Below are positions 24,389 to 34,438 of a DNA stretch of 42,187 nucleotides, piece by piece. The notes beneath the pieces are model-generated. The model saw nothing but the letters and a program-made list of their open reading frames with translations. It searched no databases and was not told the DNA's origin. Positions within the stretch are counted from its first letter, which is position 1, and each line of letters starts with the position of its first letter. A program made the translations under genes and the position numbers. Origin of the DNA: Candidatus Desantisbacteria bacterium (GTDB lineage Bacteria > UBA9089 > CG2-30-40-21); assembly GCA_043806395.1 (NCBI GenBank), contig JAZDHC010000154.1, forward strand, positions 1 to 42,187, read 5' to 3'.

Positions 24389-25752
24389 ATCTCTTAATCG
24401 TTGATGATGAAAAAAGAATATTGATGCTCTTAAAGCAATCCCTTCAAGACGAGGGGTATGAGGTAGAAACAGCCAATGATGGGTTTGAGGCAATTGAACG
24501 GATTAAAAAGCATGATTTTGATCTGGTCATCACAGATCTAAAGATGAGTGGAAAGGATGGAATAAGTGTTTTAAGAGAAACAAAAGCCCTTTCGCCCCGT
24601 ACAGAGGTAATTATGATAACCGCTTTTTCCTCAAATGAAACAGCGATTACAGCCATGAAAGAGGGTGTTTATGATTATCTTATCAAGCCGTTTGATACCA
24701 ACGAATTAAAACTATTAGTAAAAAGGGTTGAAGAAAAGCAGCAACTAAAAAAAGACAATATAGTGCTTAAGGAGAAATTAGAAACACCCTATAATTTTGA
24801 CAACATTATTGGCAAGAGTGCCAGTATGCACAAAATATTTGACCTGATAAAACAGGTTGCTCCAACCAATACCACGGTATTGATACTTGGCGAAAGCGGT
24901 ACAGGTAAGGAATTGATTTCAAAGGCTATCCATTACAATAGCTCCAGAAGGGATAAGCCCTTTATGGCTGTTCATTGTGCAGCCATGGTGGAGACTCTCT
25001 TAGAAAGCGAGCTGTTTGGTCATGAAAAGGGGGCATTTACTGGTGCACATGTCAGAAAACTCGGACGATTTGAATTGGCAAAGGGTGGTACTATATTTCT
25101 GGATGAAATAGGAGAAGTCGCTCCATCTATTCAGGTGAAGCTCCTTCGTGTACTTCAAGAAAGGGAATTCTTTCGTGTTGGCGGAGAAACAGTGGTAAAA
25201 GCAGATGTTCGGGTTATTACTGCCACCAACAAGGATCTCGAACAGGCTATTAAGGGTGGTGATTTCAGAGAGGATCTGTTTTATCGACTGAATGTTTTCC
25301 CCATTATTCTGCCACCGCTTAAGGATCGACGGGATGATATCCCCGGATTGGTCAGGCATTTTGTCAAGAAATTTGGACAGGAAGGCAAAGAGATACGGAA
25401 TGAGGTTATGCTCTGCTTGATGCAGTATAGATGGACTGGAAACCTTCGAGAGTTAGAGAATATAGTGGAAAGGGCATTGATTATTTCCGGGGATGGACCA
25501 ATTACCCTATCCTGTATCCCAAGTCATATCCAAAATGAACAAGTATCTCCTGTCTCTGTAAATATTCCTGATGAGGGTGTATCTTTAGAAAAGATTGAAC
25601 ATGAATATATTCTTAAGGCTATAGAAAAAGCAAAGGGAAATAAGAGTAAGGCAGCCAAACTACTTGGTATTACCCGACGGGCACTTTATTCAAGGATGGA
25701 AAGGTTTGATAGGGGAGGGGATATTGAAGGAGAAATAGAAGAAGAGGAGTAA
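24385..25752 (+). CDS. Sigma54-dependent response regulator (NtrC/AtoC family bEBP: REC, AAA+, Fis-type HTH)
   Basis: [17 protein letters not shown], Walker [15 protein letters not shown] motif (EKGAFTGAH), C-terminal [19 protein letters not shown]. The start overlaps the kinase stop (ATGA), implying coupling. Confidence 0.92.
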   Translation: MNLLIVDDEKRILMLLKQSLQDEGYEVETANDGFEAIERIKKHDFDLVITDLKMSGKDGISVLRETKALSPRTEVIMITAFSSNETAITAMKEGVYDYLIKPFDTNELKLLVKRVEEKQQLKKDNIVLKEKLETPYNFDNIIGKSASMHKIFDLIKQVAPTNTTVLILGESGTGKELISKAIHYNSSRRDKPFMAVHCAAMVETLLESELFGHEKGAFTGAHVRKLGRFELAKGGTIFLDEIGEVAPSIQVKLLRVLQEREFFRVGGETVVKADVRVITATNKDLEQAIKGGDFREDLFYRLNVFPIILPPLKDRRDDIPGLVRHFVKKFGQEGKEIRNEVMLCLMQYRWTGNLRELENIVERALIISGDGPITLSCIPSHIQNEQVSPVSVNIPDEGVSLEKIEHEYILKAIEKAKGNKSKAAKLLGITRRALYSRMERFDRGGDIEGEIEEEE

Positions 25753-25760
25753 ATATTATA

Positions 25761-26081
25761 GGGCATGGTTCAAAACTGTTCATTGTACATGCCATTAGTA
25801 AGTGCAACAATATTGCGGTCAGCCTGTCAGAATATGGGATTGAGGAAGGTGGATATATATACATAGCGGATTCGGCGTTGATTACAGAGGATAATCTTAA
25901 GAAGATAGGGCTGTTCATAAGTCGGCTACCTGCAACTTATAAGGAACATGATCGAATAATCAAAGAAGCCGTAGAAAAAAATAGCTGGCAAGAGATAGGG
26001 GTTATAGCCGAGACAAAAGGAATTGCGAGGCGACCAAATGCATATTACCGTGGATACGATGAGGGAGAAGTAAAGCTATAA
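25761..26081 (+). pseudogene. Transposase fragment (IS4/IS1634-like DDE region), no start codon
   Basis: The open frame …GGYIYIADSALITEDNLKKIGLFISRLPATYKEHDRIIKEA… resembles the ADSAL…F(I/V)xR(L/V)P segment of IS4/IS1634-type transposases. The frame is open from the GGCATGGTTCAAA repeat end and lacks an ATG. Confidence 0.45.
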
Positions 26082-26110
26082 GCACCCGACCATAAACATC
26101 TGTAACATTA

Positions 26111-26165
26111 ATGTAGCGGAGGTCTTTAGACCTCCAATAGCTGGAAGGCTAAAGCCTTCCGCTAC
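26111..26165. repeat. Compound REP family B palindrome, nested in an outer 16-bp inverted repeat (aagcacccgaccataa / ttatggtcgggtgctt)
   Basis: tgtagcggaggtctttagacctcc aatagc tggaaggctaaagccttccgctaca. The outer arms lie at about 26081-26097 and about 26181-26198. Confidence 0.8.
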
Positions 26166-26253
26166 AAAAGTTATAGGTACTTATGGTCGGGTGCTTATAT
26201 GGTTTCAAAATTTCCTCCTATAAAATTTTATGTAAAGTTTAAGCCCTTTATTA

Positions 26254-26943
26254 TTATTTCCCATGTGAAATCATCCCCCAAAAAAGTCTCCAAAAAAATA
26301 CATGAGCCTTTCTAAAGGTAGGGAGTTTTGACTTGCCCCATTTTCTTTCGTATTCATGGCTGGCAGTTTCCCTTACCTTATGCCCCATCCGTAAACATGT
26401 TATAATCATTTCATGTTCTATATCAAAGTCATTGGCTGCTAATTTCAAGCTCAAAAATACATCCCTTTTGATTGCCCTGAAACCATTCAGCACATCAGTC
26501 AATTGGGTTTTATACCTCAGGTTTATTATCAGGGTAATCAATCCACCGCCAACCATTCTAAGATAATTGGAGGTATTTCCGTGAAACTCATCGCTTCCGC
26601 CCATCATCCTTGAGGCAATGACCATATCAGCCTGTCCACAGGTTATCAGTTGAACCAAGTTAGGAATATCAGACGGTTCATGAGAGCCATCTGCATCTAT
26701 AAAAACAAGGATATTCCCCTTTGCAGCCTCTGCACCCATTTTATAAGCATCACCCTTTCCCAGTCCATTATCTAAAATCACCCTTGCCCCGGCTTGTTCG
26801 GCAAACTCCATTGTTTTATCCTTAGAATGTCCATCTACAACCAGAACTTCATCCGCATAAGGCTTGACCTGTTTAACAACCGATTGTATTCCTCCAGCCT
26901 CATCCTTTGCTACGATAATTACGGTTATGGTTTCTGTACTCAT
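26254..26943 (-). CDS. Family 2 glycosyltransferase (DPM1-like / polyprenol-phosphate glycosyltransferase type)
   Basis: VIIVAKDEAGGI…VVDGHSKDKT…ILVFIDADGSHEP is the GT-A fold with a DxD motif. Confidence 0.8.
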   Translation of the reverse strand: MSTETITVIIVAKDEAGGIQSVVKQVKPYADEVLVVDGHSKDKTMEFAEQAGARVILDNGLGKGDAYKMGAEAAKGNILVFIDADGSHEPSDIPNLVQLITCGQADMVIASRMMGGSDEFHGNTSNYLRMVGGGLITLIINLRYKTQLTDVLNGFRAIKRDVFLSLKLAANDFDIEHEMIITCLRMGHKVRETASHEYERKWGKSKLPTFRKAHVFFWRLFWGMISHGK

Positions 26944-27165
26944 ATTTTTGCTCCTATCGCCAGATTACTTCTTCCGTCAGCTTCGCTGCCACCTTCCTCA
27001 AGGAGGAAGGCTTTTCCTAAGTCCCCCTCCTTGAGGAAGGTGTCACGCAGTGACAGGGGGAGTTATTTCTTTTGCTTGCCGTTAATTATATTGTAAATAC
27101 CTGTCAGTTTGTTACACTGATTTGAACCATGCCCAAATTATTTAATCATATCCATCTGTTTCAAT

Positions 27166-28489
27166 TTACTTTTTCCTCAACTTCCTATAAACCTCAGGCA
27201 ATAAAAGTCTAATAACCTCTCCCATAAACTCCTCATCCTTAAACATTCTGACAAAGAACTCCTCATTTTGCTCATATCGAATTGCCGCAATATCCTTAAA
27301 CTGCTGTTCAAATATTTTTTCAAAGGTTGATTGAGGGTTGTTTTTAGCAAGATCGACTAATCGTTCATTTGCCATGAAGTCCTGTGTTAGCTGTGCTAAC
27401 ACCTTATCCATTTCTAAAAAGTTGGTACCAAACCGCTCATTAATTTTTTCGATGATAACCGACAACGGCTCCTTTTTCTTATCTTTGCCCCCAATGTTCC
27501 CTTTGGCTGCATATATCTCTGAACTATCAAATATAGGGATACTACCCTCAAAGTCCTTTTCAATTTTGTATTTATCAAGCAAAACCTTGTCATCAACAAT
27601 TATCTTATCCATCTTACCCTTGGGCATAAGCTTGAGTAAAAATTTTGCATAGACACTAAACTTTTGCATTTCTATATCAAACATTCTACAAACCTGCGTA
27701 ATAAAGGCATAAAGCCGCAAAAAACGGGCAAGTCCTGTTTTTATCTCGTCTTGCTCCTTTGCGTCTTTTGCTGAAAAGCGGTCAAGTGCCGGTTGTAGTG
27801 AAGCGGCTAACTTTCCAATATCAGGTATTTCCTGCTGAGCTGTTTTATAATAAATTTTTGCAAAAAGCTCAATTTCGGACTGTTGCCACAAATGATATTC
27901 ATCAAGTGTGTTTTTAATGTCCTTGATAATATTAGGGCTTGCTTCCTCTGACAAAATTACAGCTTGATAATACGGTTCAAATGATTTCTTTATTTCATCA
28001 GCAGTATTGACAAAATCAAGCACAAAGGTGTCTTCTTTGCCTGACATCGTGCGGTTTAATCGAGATAAAGTCTGCACTGCTTTAACCCCTGATAATTTCT
28101 TATCAACAAACATCGTGTGAAGTAGCGGCTCATCAAACCCTGTTTGATATTTTTCAGCAACAATAAGCACATTAAATTCATCAGAATTAAAATATTCGGG
28201 TAGTTGCTTTTCCTTAATACTCTTTCCGTCCGCAGTTTTGTTTAGTTTTTCCTCTGTATATTCTATCCCCTCATCGTTAACAACACCCGAAAAGGCAACC
28301 AAAATATCCAAATCATCGTATTTTTTATCTTTAATGTATCTCTTAAATTAAGGTCAAAAGTGTGTGGGATTCTAACGCCAGTTCTTTATCAAAAGAATTC
28401 ACCCCACCCTTGATATATCCACCCTTAGTGATGAGATAATGTTCTATAGCTTCTTCAAGTTTTTTCTCTCTGTGGTCAAAATCAGACAT
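27166..28489 (-). pseudogene. hsdR: Type I restriction enzyme R subunit remnant (N-terminal ~48 aa joined to the C-terminal ~390 aa; nuclease and helicase core deleted)
   Basis: The C-terminal part LVAFSG…IEYTEEKLN…FNVLIVAEKYQTGFDEPLLHTMFVDKKLSGVKAVQTLSRLNR is helicase motif VI plus the HsdR C-domain. Hand translation of 28489 downward gives MSDFDHREKKLEEAIEHYLITKGGY…FDKELAL…, an HsdR-type N-terminus that stops near 28345. Confidence 0.65.
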
Positions 28490-28504
28490 TTTACACGACC
28501 TCCC

Positions 28505-29797
28505 TTATAATGTGAAAATTGCGTACAGGGGCACGGATTTTATACCATTTTCAAATCCGAAGTTTTTAGATGATACTCTTATAATATATTGGGGCGAATA
28601 CTTTTTCCTGTAAATCACCATGCTTTTCGCCTTAGTATTGTGTGCAGCTTTAACCTCCACAGGAATTACATGTCCTTCTTTAACAATCAAAAAATCAATT
28701 TCAGCTACACCCTTTGATTCCCAATACATAAGGGCATATCCATTTGACGCCAATGCACAGGCAACATAGTTTTCCGTAAATGCTCCTGAAAACTGTTTGA
28801 TTTCCGGAGAGTTTAAGGATTGCAATGTGATGCCGGCTTTTGCCGATAAAAGTCCAATATCATTCATATAAAGCTTAAAACTCGATAGATCCTGATAAGC
28901 AACAGGAGGCATATAGCCATGTTCGCACTTAACACATCGAAGAACCACACCCGAACTAACCAGCCAATCAATGGATTCACCGAATAACGAGGCACGAGCA
29001 CCGCTTTTAATCATCTTATATTGAAATTTCTTATTCTCTTTTGCCAATTGTGTCGGAATTGAGTCATATGCTCCTTTTATGCGCATACTTTCAGTATTTG
29101 TTGCGTATTTTGTCATGTCGGAGATATATGCATTTAAAATTAACTCCTTTATTTCCCTTTCGTTTATCACAACTTGCCTTGACACATGTGTTCCTACCAC
29201 TGCAGGCATTCCTCCGGTTACAAGGTAATCGTTGTAATCTGAAATCGCTTCTTTATGAAGTATTTCAGGCATTGGAAAATTATCATTATGGTGAGATCTG
29301 ATGTTGTCAATAAGCAAATCTTTACCTTTTGCCCATAAAAATTCTTCAAAATCCAACGGGTGCATGAATTCAATAAAAACCTTCCCTACAGGAAAAGAAA
29401 ATCTGTTGCGATTTATTGCAACCCCCAAAAGACTGCCAGCTGCAATGATATGGTATTCTGGAGCAATTTCTGCAAAGTATTTTAGAGAAGTAAGTGCTCT
29501 TTCGCAAAGCTGGATTTCGTCAAAAAATATGAGTGTCTCAGATACCTCTATTTCTGCGTGGAAGTACTGTTCTAATATTTTTATGATTCTTTCCGGTGAA
29601 ATAGCACCTTCAAAATAGGGAATAATCCCAATTTCCAGTTCAAAGTTAACATAAACCATATTTTTATAGTTCTTTTTGCCAAATTCACAAATGGCATATG
29701 TTTTGCCCACTTGCCTGGCTCCATGAATTAACATTGGCATTCGATTTTGCTGTTGATTCTTCCATTTTAACAATTTTTCAGTGATTTTTCTTCTCAT
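28505..29797 (-). CDS. AAA+ ATPase of the AAA_14/DUF4143 family
   Basis: Walker A GARQVGKTY, Walker B LIFFDEIQ. The C-terminal region has the length and pattern typical of DUF4143 proteins. The ORF is intact. Confidence 0.75.
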   Translation of the reverse strand: MRRKITEKLLKWKNQQQNRMPMLIHGARQVGKTYAICEFGKKNYKNMVYVNFELEIGIIPYFEGAISPERIIKILEQYFHAEIEVSETLIFFDEIQLCERALTSLKYFAEIAPEYHIIAAGSLLGVAINRNRFSFPVGKVFIEFMHPLDFEEFLWAKGKDLLIDNIRSHHNDNFPMPEILHKEAISDYNDYLVTGGMPAVVGTHVSRQVVINEREIKELILNAYISDMTKYATNTESMRIKGAYDSIPTQLAKENKKFQYKMIKSGARASLFGESIDWLVSSGVVLRCVKCEHGYMPPVAYQDLSSFKLYMNDIGLLSAKAGITLQSLNSPEIKQFSGAFTENYVACALASNGYALMYWESKGVAEIDFLIVKEGHVIPVEVKAAHNTKAKSMVIYRKKYSPQYIIRVSSKNFGFENGIKSVPLYAIFTL

Positions 29798-29896
29798 TAG
29801 TATCCCTCAGTTTTTAAAGAATACATTGAACCTATTGTCTAAATATTAACATATATAATTATATTTGTCAATAATAATGTATTCAAAAACATTTAT

Positions 29897-30561
29897 TCAA
29901 ATATAAAAAGGTTTATTGGAAACTTCCTTTTTGCCGGTTACACATTCGTAGATTAGGGATTTTTTGTAGGCGGTTAGTTTTTCTATGAGTTTTTGCTTGC
30001 CGGTTATTAACTTGTCAATTTGACTGCACTTGCGGTCAAGATACTTTATTATTGTATTAATTTCAATTTCTGTTTAAACTGGAATAGCTATATTACCCAC
30101 AGTTGCTGTGTTTAAATTTAACTGTGTTCCCATTTTCCCCAACCCACCATAACATTCTCCTAAATTAAGAATCTGATAAAGCCAATTTTTATATAAACTT
30201 TGCAATACAGGAAAATATACAAACCCATCATGAATGCAACATTTTATTTTTGCAATACAAGGCTTCCCTACAGTAGCACAAATACTTACAAATAAACTTT
30301 CTGGTTCAAGTTTAACACTTAAACTTGAACCCAATTCAGAAAGTTTTTCACCTGCACTAAGTAAATACTTATCTGACGAAGTTACATCACTTATTCGAAC
30401 CCACTCATAATCTCCGTTTTCATCATAATACTTACTATCGTCAATTGGTCTGGGACTGGCACCACGCTTGATACTACTTAATGATTTAATTCGGCAAACT
30501 TCCACCCCTCCGGTATTTCCCCAATCCACTCAATCCCACTATTCTTCATCACTCTTTCCAT
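29897..30561 (-). pseudogene. hsdS: Type I R-M specificity subunit remnant (single TRD, at least one frameshift and one in-frame stop)
   Basis: Three pieces lie in different frames:
- MERVMKNSGIEWIGEIPEGWKFAE… from ATG 30561.
- …VCRIKSLSSIKRGASPRPIDD…YEWVRISDV… (track ORF 30074..30529).
- The conserved C-terminus …IIKYLDRKCSQIDKLITGKQKLIEKLTAYKKSLIYECVTGKKEV… ending at 29897. Confidence 0.65.
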
Positions 30562-30578
30562 TATTCAAACACCGCCCA

Positions 30579-31583
30579 TTACTTTTTCTCAATTTGTTTC
30601 TTTGCTGATTCAATTGCTTGCATAAAGTGTTTTTCAACCTCAGTTATTTCATCATCAGACATCTTCTTATATTTCCCATATTCTTCCAATGCCTTTTTCG
30701 TAGCATCTTCATTGGAAACTTTTCCCTTATGCTCTAAAATATCGTGCCTTGCCAGTTTTAAGAATCCGTCCAGAGTTTCTATCCATTCCTTCATATGCAT
30801 TGGTATTCTTCGTCTTGCCTGCATTTCAGCCAAATCAAGAAACGCAGAAACAATCAAATTCAAACCTTCTATTTCCTCTTCAGTAAGATAGTTTTTTGCA
30901 ACTGAAATATCTACTTTTTGTGGCTTTGTTCCTGAAAAATTAGTAAGCCCCATAAATGGCTTTTTTGCATCTGCCCGAAGCATTATTACCTCAGCCGCTG
31001 TATGTTTATGAGCCGCCCAATGCATTTTATTTTGTATAGTTTGAAAAAATCTCTTTGATGTATCAATTGAAGGATTATAATCTACACTTGTTGCATAAAT
31101 ATCAAGTACCTTTCTCCAAAAGACTTTTTCTGATGAACGAATATCTCGAATTCTATCAAGCAATTCATCAAAATAGTTACCGCCACCAGCTTTTTTAAGA
31201 AGGTCATCATTCATTGTAAAGCCTTTAATGATATATTCATTTAATCGCTTAGTTGCCCATATTCTAAACTGTGTTCCACGAAGGGATTTTACACGATAAC
31301 CGACTGAAATAATTACATCAAGATTATAGTAATCAACAGCTCTTTCAACAGTTCTGTCCCCTTCATTTTGAACTGTTGCAAAATTTGCAACAGTTGAATT
31401 CCTTCTTAATTCGCCTTCTTCAAAAACATTTTTTATGTGCCTTGAAATTACAGATTTATCTCTTTGAAAAAGTTCTGCAATTTGATTGAGCGACAGCCAA
31501 ACTGACTCGTCTTCCATCCTTACATCAATCTTTGTCTGCCCATCTTCGGTCTGATAAATAATTAACTCAGATTTATTATCCAT
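30579..31583 (-). CDS. RhuM-family protein (Virulence_RhuM domain)
   Basis: ELIIYQTEDGQTKIDVRMEDESVWLSLNQIAELFQRDKSVISRHIKNVF…YNLDVIISVGYRVKSLRGTQFRIWAT is the characteristic RhuM N-terminal region. Such genes often ride in type I R-M loci. Confidence 0.8.
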   Translation of the reverse strand: MDNKSELIIYQTEDGQTKIDVRMEDESVWLSLNQIAELFQRDKSVISRHIKNVFEEGELRRNSTVANFATVQNEGDRTVERAVDYYNLDVIISVGYRVKSLRGTQFRIWATKRLNEYIIKGFTMNDDLLKKAGGGNYFDELLDRIRDIRSSEKVFWRKVLDIYATSVDYNPSIDTSKRFFQTIQNKMHWAAHKHTAAEVIMLRADAKKPFMGLTNFSGTKPQKVDISVAKNYLTEEEIEGLNLIVSAFLDLAEMQARRRIPMHMKEWIETLDGFLKLARHDILEHKGKVSNEDATKKALEEYGKYKKMSDDEITEVEKHFMQAIESAKKQIEKK

Positions 31584-31600
31584 GTTTTTTCACCTCAAAT

Positions 31601-31840
31601 CTAATTTCTCAACTGTTCCAAAGCCCCCTCAAGCTCCTTTTCAATCTCCATAATCTCCGCCATAATATCGCTTGAGGCTTGCGGTGCAGCATATTTGTAA
31701 AAATACCTTGTGAACGGTATTTCATAGCCGATTTTGGTTTTACTCTTATCTATCCAGGCATCGGGAGCAAAAGGCAACACCTCTCTTGCAAAGTAGCTGT
31801 CAATATCATCGGTTAGAGGCACATTTTCAGTATCTCGCAA
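31601..31840 (-). pseudogene. hsdM: C-terminal fragment of the type I R-M methyltransferase subunit
   Basis: …ENVPLTDDIDSYFAREVLPFAPDAWIDKSKTKIGYEIPFTRYFYKY… is the conserved HsdM C-terminal tail. No methyltransferase core lies upstream; the next gene starts at 31899. Confidence 0.6.
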
Positions 31841-31898
31841 ACTGCTGTCAGGCTGTTTTTCTCCTTTTTTGAGGACAGGAGGTGTAAAATTTCACTTC

Positions 31899-32687
31899 CT
31901 ATATCTTCCCCCCGCTAATAATCAATGACCCCGCCATATTCCTTACCCCATAAACCCTTTCCATAAACCCACCCAGCAAGCTGACAATCCCTACCATGCT
32001 GTCAGGCACAATCGGATGCAAGAAATCAAACGGTACAACCCTTGTCTCGCAAAAGCCTGCCTTTCTTAATTGTTTCAGTATCCTCCAGCTAAAGAATGCT
32101 GTTTCATCAGGGGATTCACCAAGTAGGCGACCAAGAAATTTGATATTTTTAATGAGCATGTTCTGTGGGTTAAGCATATTTGGTTCAGTGAAGGCAAACC
32201 TTCCCTTGTGAACTAACACCCGTTGTATCTCCGCTAAGGCTGTGGGAAGCTCCAAGTGATGAAGCACGGCATTGCCTACCACGGCATCAAAGAAGTTGTC
32301 CTTAAATGGCAAGTATTCTGCTTGACAAAGGATAAATGTGGGGGGCAGGGTTGTCCCTTCGCAAACAGTGGGATAGGGTAGTAGGGAAGTTGTATTTTGC
32401 AAAGGCATGGCCGTTTCCCTTACCTTGTCCGCAGCCAGAGCAAGTAACACCTCAGAAATATCTGTGGCAATTATCCTTGCTCCTGCTTGAATCAACCTGA
32501 GGGTATATTCTCCAGTACCACATCCAATCTCCAACACCCTCATCCCTGGTGAGATACAGCATTTTTCAATAAGCAAGCCACTTCTTCGCTTAACCCTTTG
32601 TTTGCCGGCAAGGGTAGATTCCCCCCAGACAATCTCTGCCTTTTCTGCAATCTTGCAATTATGTTCCTGTTCTCTGTGAAGACGCAA
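31899..32687 (-). CDS. Class I SAM-dependent methyltransferase
   Basis: Motif I VLEIGCGTGEYT. Post-I/II DAVVGNAVLHHL (Methyltransf_11/25-like). Confidence 0.8.
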   Translation of the reverse strand: MRLHREQEHNCKIAEKAEIVWGESTLAGKQRVKRRSGLLIEKCCISPGMRVLEIGCGTGEYTLRLIQAGARIIATDISEVLLALAADKVRETAMPLQNTTSLLPYPTVCEGTTLPPTFILCQAEYLPFKDNFFDAVVGNAVLHHLELPTALAEIQRVLVHKGRFAFTEPNMLNPQNMLIKNIKFLGRLLGESPDETAFFSWRILKQLRKAGFCETRVVPFDFLHPIVPDSMVGIVSLLGGFMERVYGVRNMAGSLIISGGKI

Positions 32688-32711
32688 AATAATATTACCT
32701 CATGGATTAGG

Positions 32712-32785
32712 TGTTTAGGCTGTAGGCATTTAGGCTATAGGTAGGAATTAGACCTAATAGCCTATAGTCTAAATGCCTACAGCCT
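32712..32785. repeat. Long hairpin (aggctgtaggcatttag… / …ctaaatgcctacagcct)
   Basis: A 17-bp perfect outer stem plus partial inner pairing, between the amidase stop and the methyltransferase start. Confidence 0.8.
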
Positions 32786-32788
32786 ATC

Positions 32789-34213
32789 CTACCAGATAGC
32801 CATACTTCCACTCTTTCTTGGCGTCGTAGGCGGTGGCGTTGTCTGTTCCTTAGTATCAAATCCCATCTTTCCCTCATACTTAGCCTTATAAGAAACAATA
32901 GAATCACATATTGAAGAAACCAGATCATCCCTGAACCCATCACTTCTCAATTTATTCTCTTCAAGCGGATTAGAAAGAAATCCTACTTCAATCAAAACAG
33001 CAGGCATCATAGCATCTCGTAGTACCCAAAAAAAAGCACTTTTTACCCCACGATCTACTAATCCCAGGTTTTTACAGGATATTGACTGAACTATTCCAGC
33101 CAATTCTATACTCTCTTCAATAAATTCTTGTTGGGCAATATCACCAAGAATAAGTTTAACCATATCTGTACTATTAGAATTGCTTTCATGTTCAAGAGAG
33201 ATAACCTCATTTTCAGCAGCAGCCAATGCTCTGGCAGCATTATCTGTTGCCTCTGTAGAGAGATGAAAAACCTCAAATCCATGTGCTCCTCTGGCATATG
33301 AGGCATTGCTATGGATAGAAATAAACAAATCCGCTTTCTTATAATTGGCAAATCGTGTCCTTTCTCGCAGAGGGATAAAATAATCACTGTCACGAGTAAG
33401 AAGAATATTAATATCTGGTAATGCCCTTTGAAGGCTGAATTTCAATTTTTTGGCAATATTCAGAACGACATTTTTTTCCAACAACCCACTTTTGCCTACA
33501 GCACCTGAATCCTTACCCCCATGACCAGGGTCAATTACAATAGTCATGATCCGGGTATTATCTGGCGGGCTTGTTGATATTAATGCTCCACCATCTTGTT
33601 CAGTGCCATTCATTATTTCCATGCTATCTGATTTTTCTTGTACAGAATCTTTTACTTGTTCTTCGTAGATTCTATTGGTTAATTTTATAGGACTATTCGC
33701 TATTGAGGTAGTACCTCTGGCAGGTAAATTAGATGAAGGTGGAAATCGTCGCACCAGCTCTTCTTCCATAGAGGAGACATAGGTGTCTTTGGAATCTATA
33801 ATTAATCTTTTGCCCTCTGCATCCCATCTTATCAAGAGATTAAAGGGGTTAGTGAAACTACTGACAATAAAACTTAACGGAATAAAAATTCTTCCGGTAA
33901 TCAACCTAATCGGACATTCCATCTTATAATAACGGTTATTTATCTTGACATTCGGGCTGCCAATACTAAAATTAAAGGTATTTTTATCCTTAGTCAGGAT
34001 GACTACCTTGGTAATTGGGTTCCATTGCATATATGCCTTAAATGTCTTTGCCATCTCAGACAGACACACCATTGTCTGTCCATCTTCAACGATGTATTCC
34101 ATCGTTACCTTTAATCGATTAACATTATCTACAATGGTAATACTTTCTCCAAACACAGGGGAAGAGAAAAAACAGATTATTAAAAAAAACATTCCAAGTT
34201 TTATTCTTTTCAT
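32789..34213 (-). CDS. N-acetylmuramoyl-L-alanine amidase (Amidase_3) with an N-terminal copper-amine-oxidase-like (stalk) domain
   Basis: IVIDPGHGGKDSGAVGKSGLLEKNVVLNIA…ISIHSNA…EVGFLSNPLEE. I moved the start to ATG 34213 (signal peptide MKRIKLGMFFLIICFFSSPVFG, AGGTGA RBS). Confidence 0.85.
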   Translation of the reverse strand: MKRIKLGMFFLIICFFSSPVFGESITIVDNVNRLKVTMEYIVEDGQTMVCLSEMAKTFKAYMQWNPITKVVILTKDKNTFNFSIGSPNVKINNRYYKMECPIRLITGRIFIPLSFIVSSFTNPFNLLIRWDAEGKRLIIDSKDTYVSSMEEELVRRFPPSSNLPARGTTSIANSPIKLTNRIYEEQVKDSVQEKSDSMEIMNGTEQDGGALISTSPPDNTRIMTIVIDPGHGGKDSGAVGKSGLLEKNVVLNIAKKLKFSLQRALPDINILLTRDSDYFIPLRERTRFANYKKADLFISIHSNASYARGAHGFEVFHLSTEATDNAARALAAAENEVISLEHESNSNSTDMVKLILGDIAQQEFIEESIELAGIVQSISCKNLGLVDRGVKSAFFWVLRDAMMPAVLIEVGFLSNPLEENKLRSDGFRDDLVSSICDSIVSYKAKYEGKMGFDTKEQTTPPPTTPRKSGSMAIW

Positions 34214-34326
34214 TTGATCACCTGTGAAATAGTAGTGTAAGAATGCAGAATAAAGAAGATGATGGGGAGATATTATTTGAATTAGATATGGTTGCTCTAC
34301 CCTTGTTTCCTTCATTCCTTGCCATG

Positions 34327-34355
34327 AGTATAACACAACTTATTTCTTTTGTCAA
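34327..34355 (-). promoter_or_regulatory. Sigma70-type promoter for the amidase gene
   Basis: The minus strand reads TTGACA-17 nt-TATACT, about 105 nt upstream of ATG 34213. Confidence 0.55.
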
Positions 34356-34438
34356 ACAAATAATGGTTATGACAGCAATTCTCGGTGAACACATGAAAAA
34401 TAGAGTTTTCACTTCAATGTCAAAGTAATTACGGTGAA

